A stretch of DNA of 64,000 nt from positions 642,133 to 706,132 of the forward strand of contig JBGAJN010000002.1 of assembly GCA_044224905.1 (NCBI GenBank). The letters are read 5' to 3'. Below the pieces are notes generated by a model that was given only the letters and a program-made list of their open reading frames with translations, did no database searches and was not told where the DNA came from. A program made the translations under genes and the position numbers. Below, in pieces: positions 63,329 to 64,000 of this stretch. Within the stretch, counting starts at the first letter, position 1. The number at the start of each line of letters is the position of its first letter. This DNA is from Limisphaerales bacterium (GTDB lineage Bacteria > Verrucomicrobiota > Verrucomicrobiia > Limisphaerales > JBGAJN01).

Positions 63329-64000
63329 ATGCTCAGGCTCAGTTTTCTTGGCGTCGCCACCACACTCTCCCTTTTCATCGCCGGCATCGGTGCCAGCTCG
63401 CGCGCGGATTCAAATGAAGCGCTTGAGTTGAGATGCGCGCACGCTGCTTTTGCCGCCGCGCCGGATTCGCCGGACTACCGCCAATACGCGCCCGATCGGA
63501 AGATCAACATCACTCATCTGGCGCTCGACGTGACGCCTGACTTCGACAAGCGAACCGTCGCCGGCGAAGTGACGATCAGCTTTCAACCCATTGCGAAGCC
63601 CCTTGATGAACTGCGCCTCGACGGCGTCGATCTCACGGTGCTCGAAGTGAAGAGTAGCGCGCGCATCGCGTCGCATCACGCGACGGACAAGGAGATCACG
63701 GTAAACTTCGCGAAGGCTTTGCCAGCGGGCAATGACGCGACGGTTACGATTCGTTACACGGCGCAGCCGAAAAAGGGATTGTATTTCCGCACGCCGGCTT
63801 CGGGTTATGCGGCCGGTGACGCGCATATTTGGACGCAGGGCGAGACGTACGAAGCGCGGCATTGGTTCCCGTGCTTTGATTCGCCCAACGAGAAGTTCAC
63901 CAGCGAGATGACTTGCCGCGTGCCCGAGGGAATGACGGTGTTGTCCAACGGTCGGCAGGTGTCTTCGACGAAGGATGCGAAGACGGGTCTCAACTCCGTG
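63329..64000 (+). CDS. M1-family aminopeptidase (aminopeptidase N-like), 5' part only; continues past the window end
   Basis: This ORF is not in the supplied ORF track because it has no stop. ATG at 63329, signal peptide MLRLSFLGVATTLSLFIAGIGA, then HLALDVTPDFDKRTVAGEVTISF, GLYFRTP and EARHWFPCFDSPNEKF (M1 N-terminal domain). The catalytic HEXXH would lie beyond the window. Confidence 0.75.
   Translation, partial: MLRLSFLGVATTLSLFIAGIGASSRADSNEALELRCAHAAFAAAPDSPDYRQYAPDRKINITHLALDVTPDFDKRTVAGEVTISFQPIAKPLDELRLDGVDLTVLEVKSSARIASHHATDKEITVNFAKALPAGNDATVTIRYTAQPKKGLYFRTPASGYAAGDAHIWTQGETYEARHWFPCFDSPNEKFTSEMTCRVPEGMTVLSNGRQVSSTKDAKTGLNSV

Overview
GC-rich (roughly 60% by eye) bacterial chromosomal window with about 50 supportable protein genes and no rRNA, tRNA or CRISPR that I can support. 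The gene content suggests a Verrucomicrobia/Planctomycetes-type (PVC) organism: a DUF1592-type/DUF1552 pair, two DUF1080 proteins each next to a Tat-signal Gfo/Idh/MocA oxidoreductase, a sulfatase, a GMC oxidoreductase with its small subunit, and many secreted proteins of unknown function. Most of the window is ordinary: metal ABC uptake, a LysR-controlled catabolic cluster, a glycan oxidation/degradation super-cluster, then ugd, mutT, rnd, acyl-CoA ligase, murQ, gmhA and an M1 aminopeptidase. These parts deserve a second look: (1) a divergent multihaem cytochrome pair, with nine CxxCH motifs in total, followed by a start/stop-overlapping putative outer-membrane barrel; (2) a two-gene module that looks like a divergent MotA/ExbB-type stator, whose single-pass partner has an Asp in its TM helix and a long coiled coil; (3) a 49-nt perfect direct repeat that gives two adjacent genes the same first 13 codons; (4) a LysR pseudogene fragment paralogous to the intact LysR gene 10 kb away; (5) a 1.7-kb gene-poor island (50.2-51.9 kb) with a repeat-bracketed, compositionally atypical small ORF, an array of GTCCC-N3-4-GGGAC hairpins and ten exactly phased 42-nt tandem repeats. 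All family assignments come from motif recognition by eye. No database search was run.
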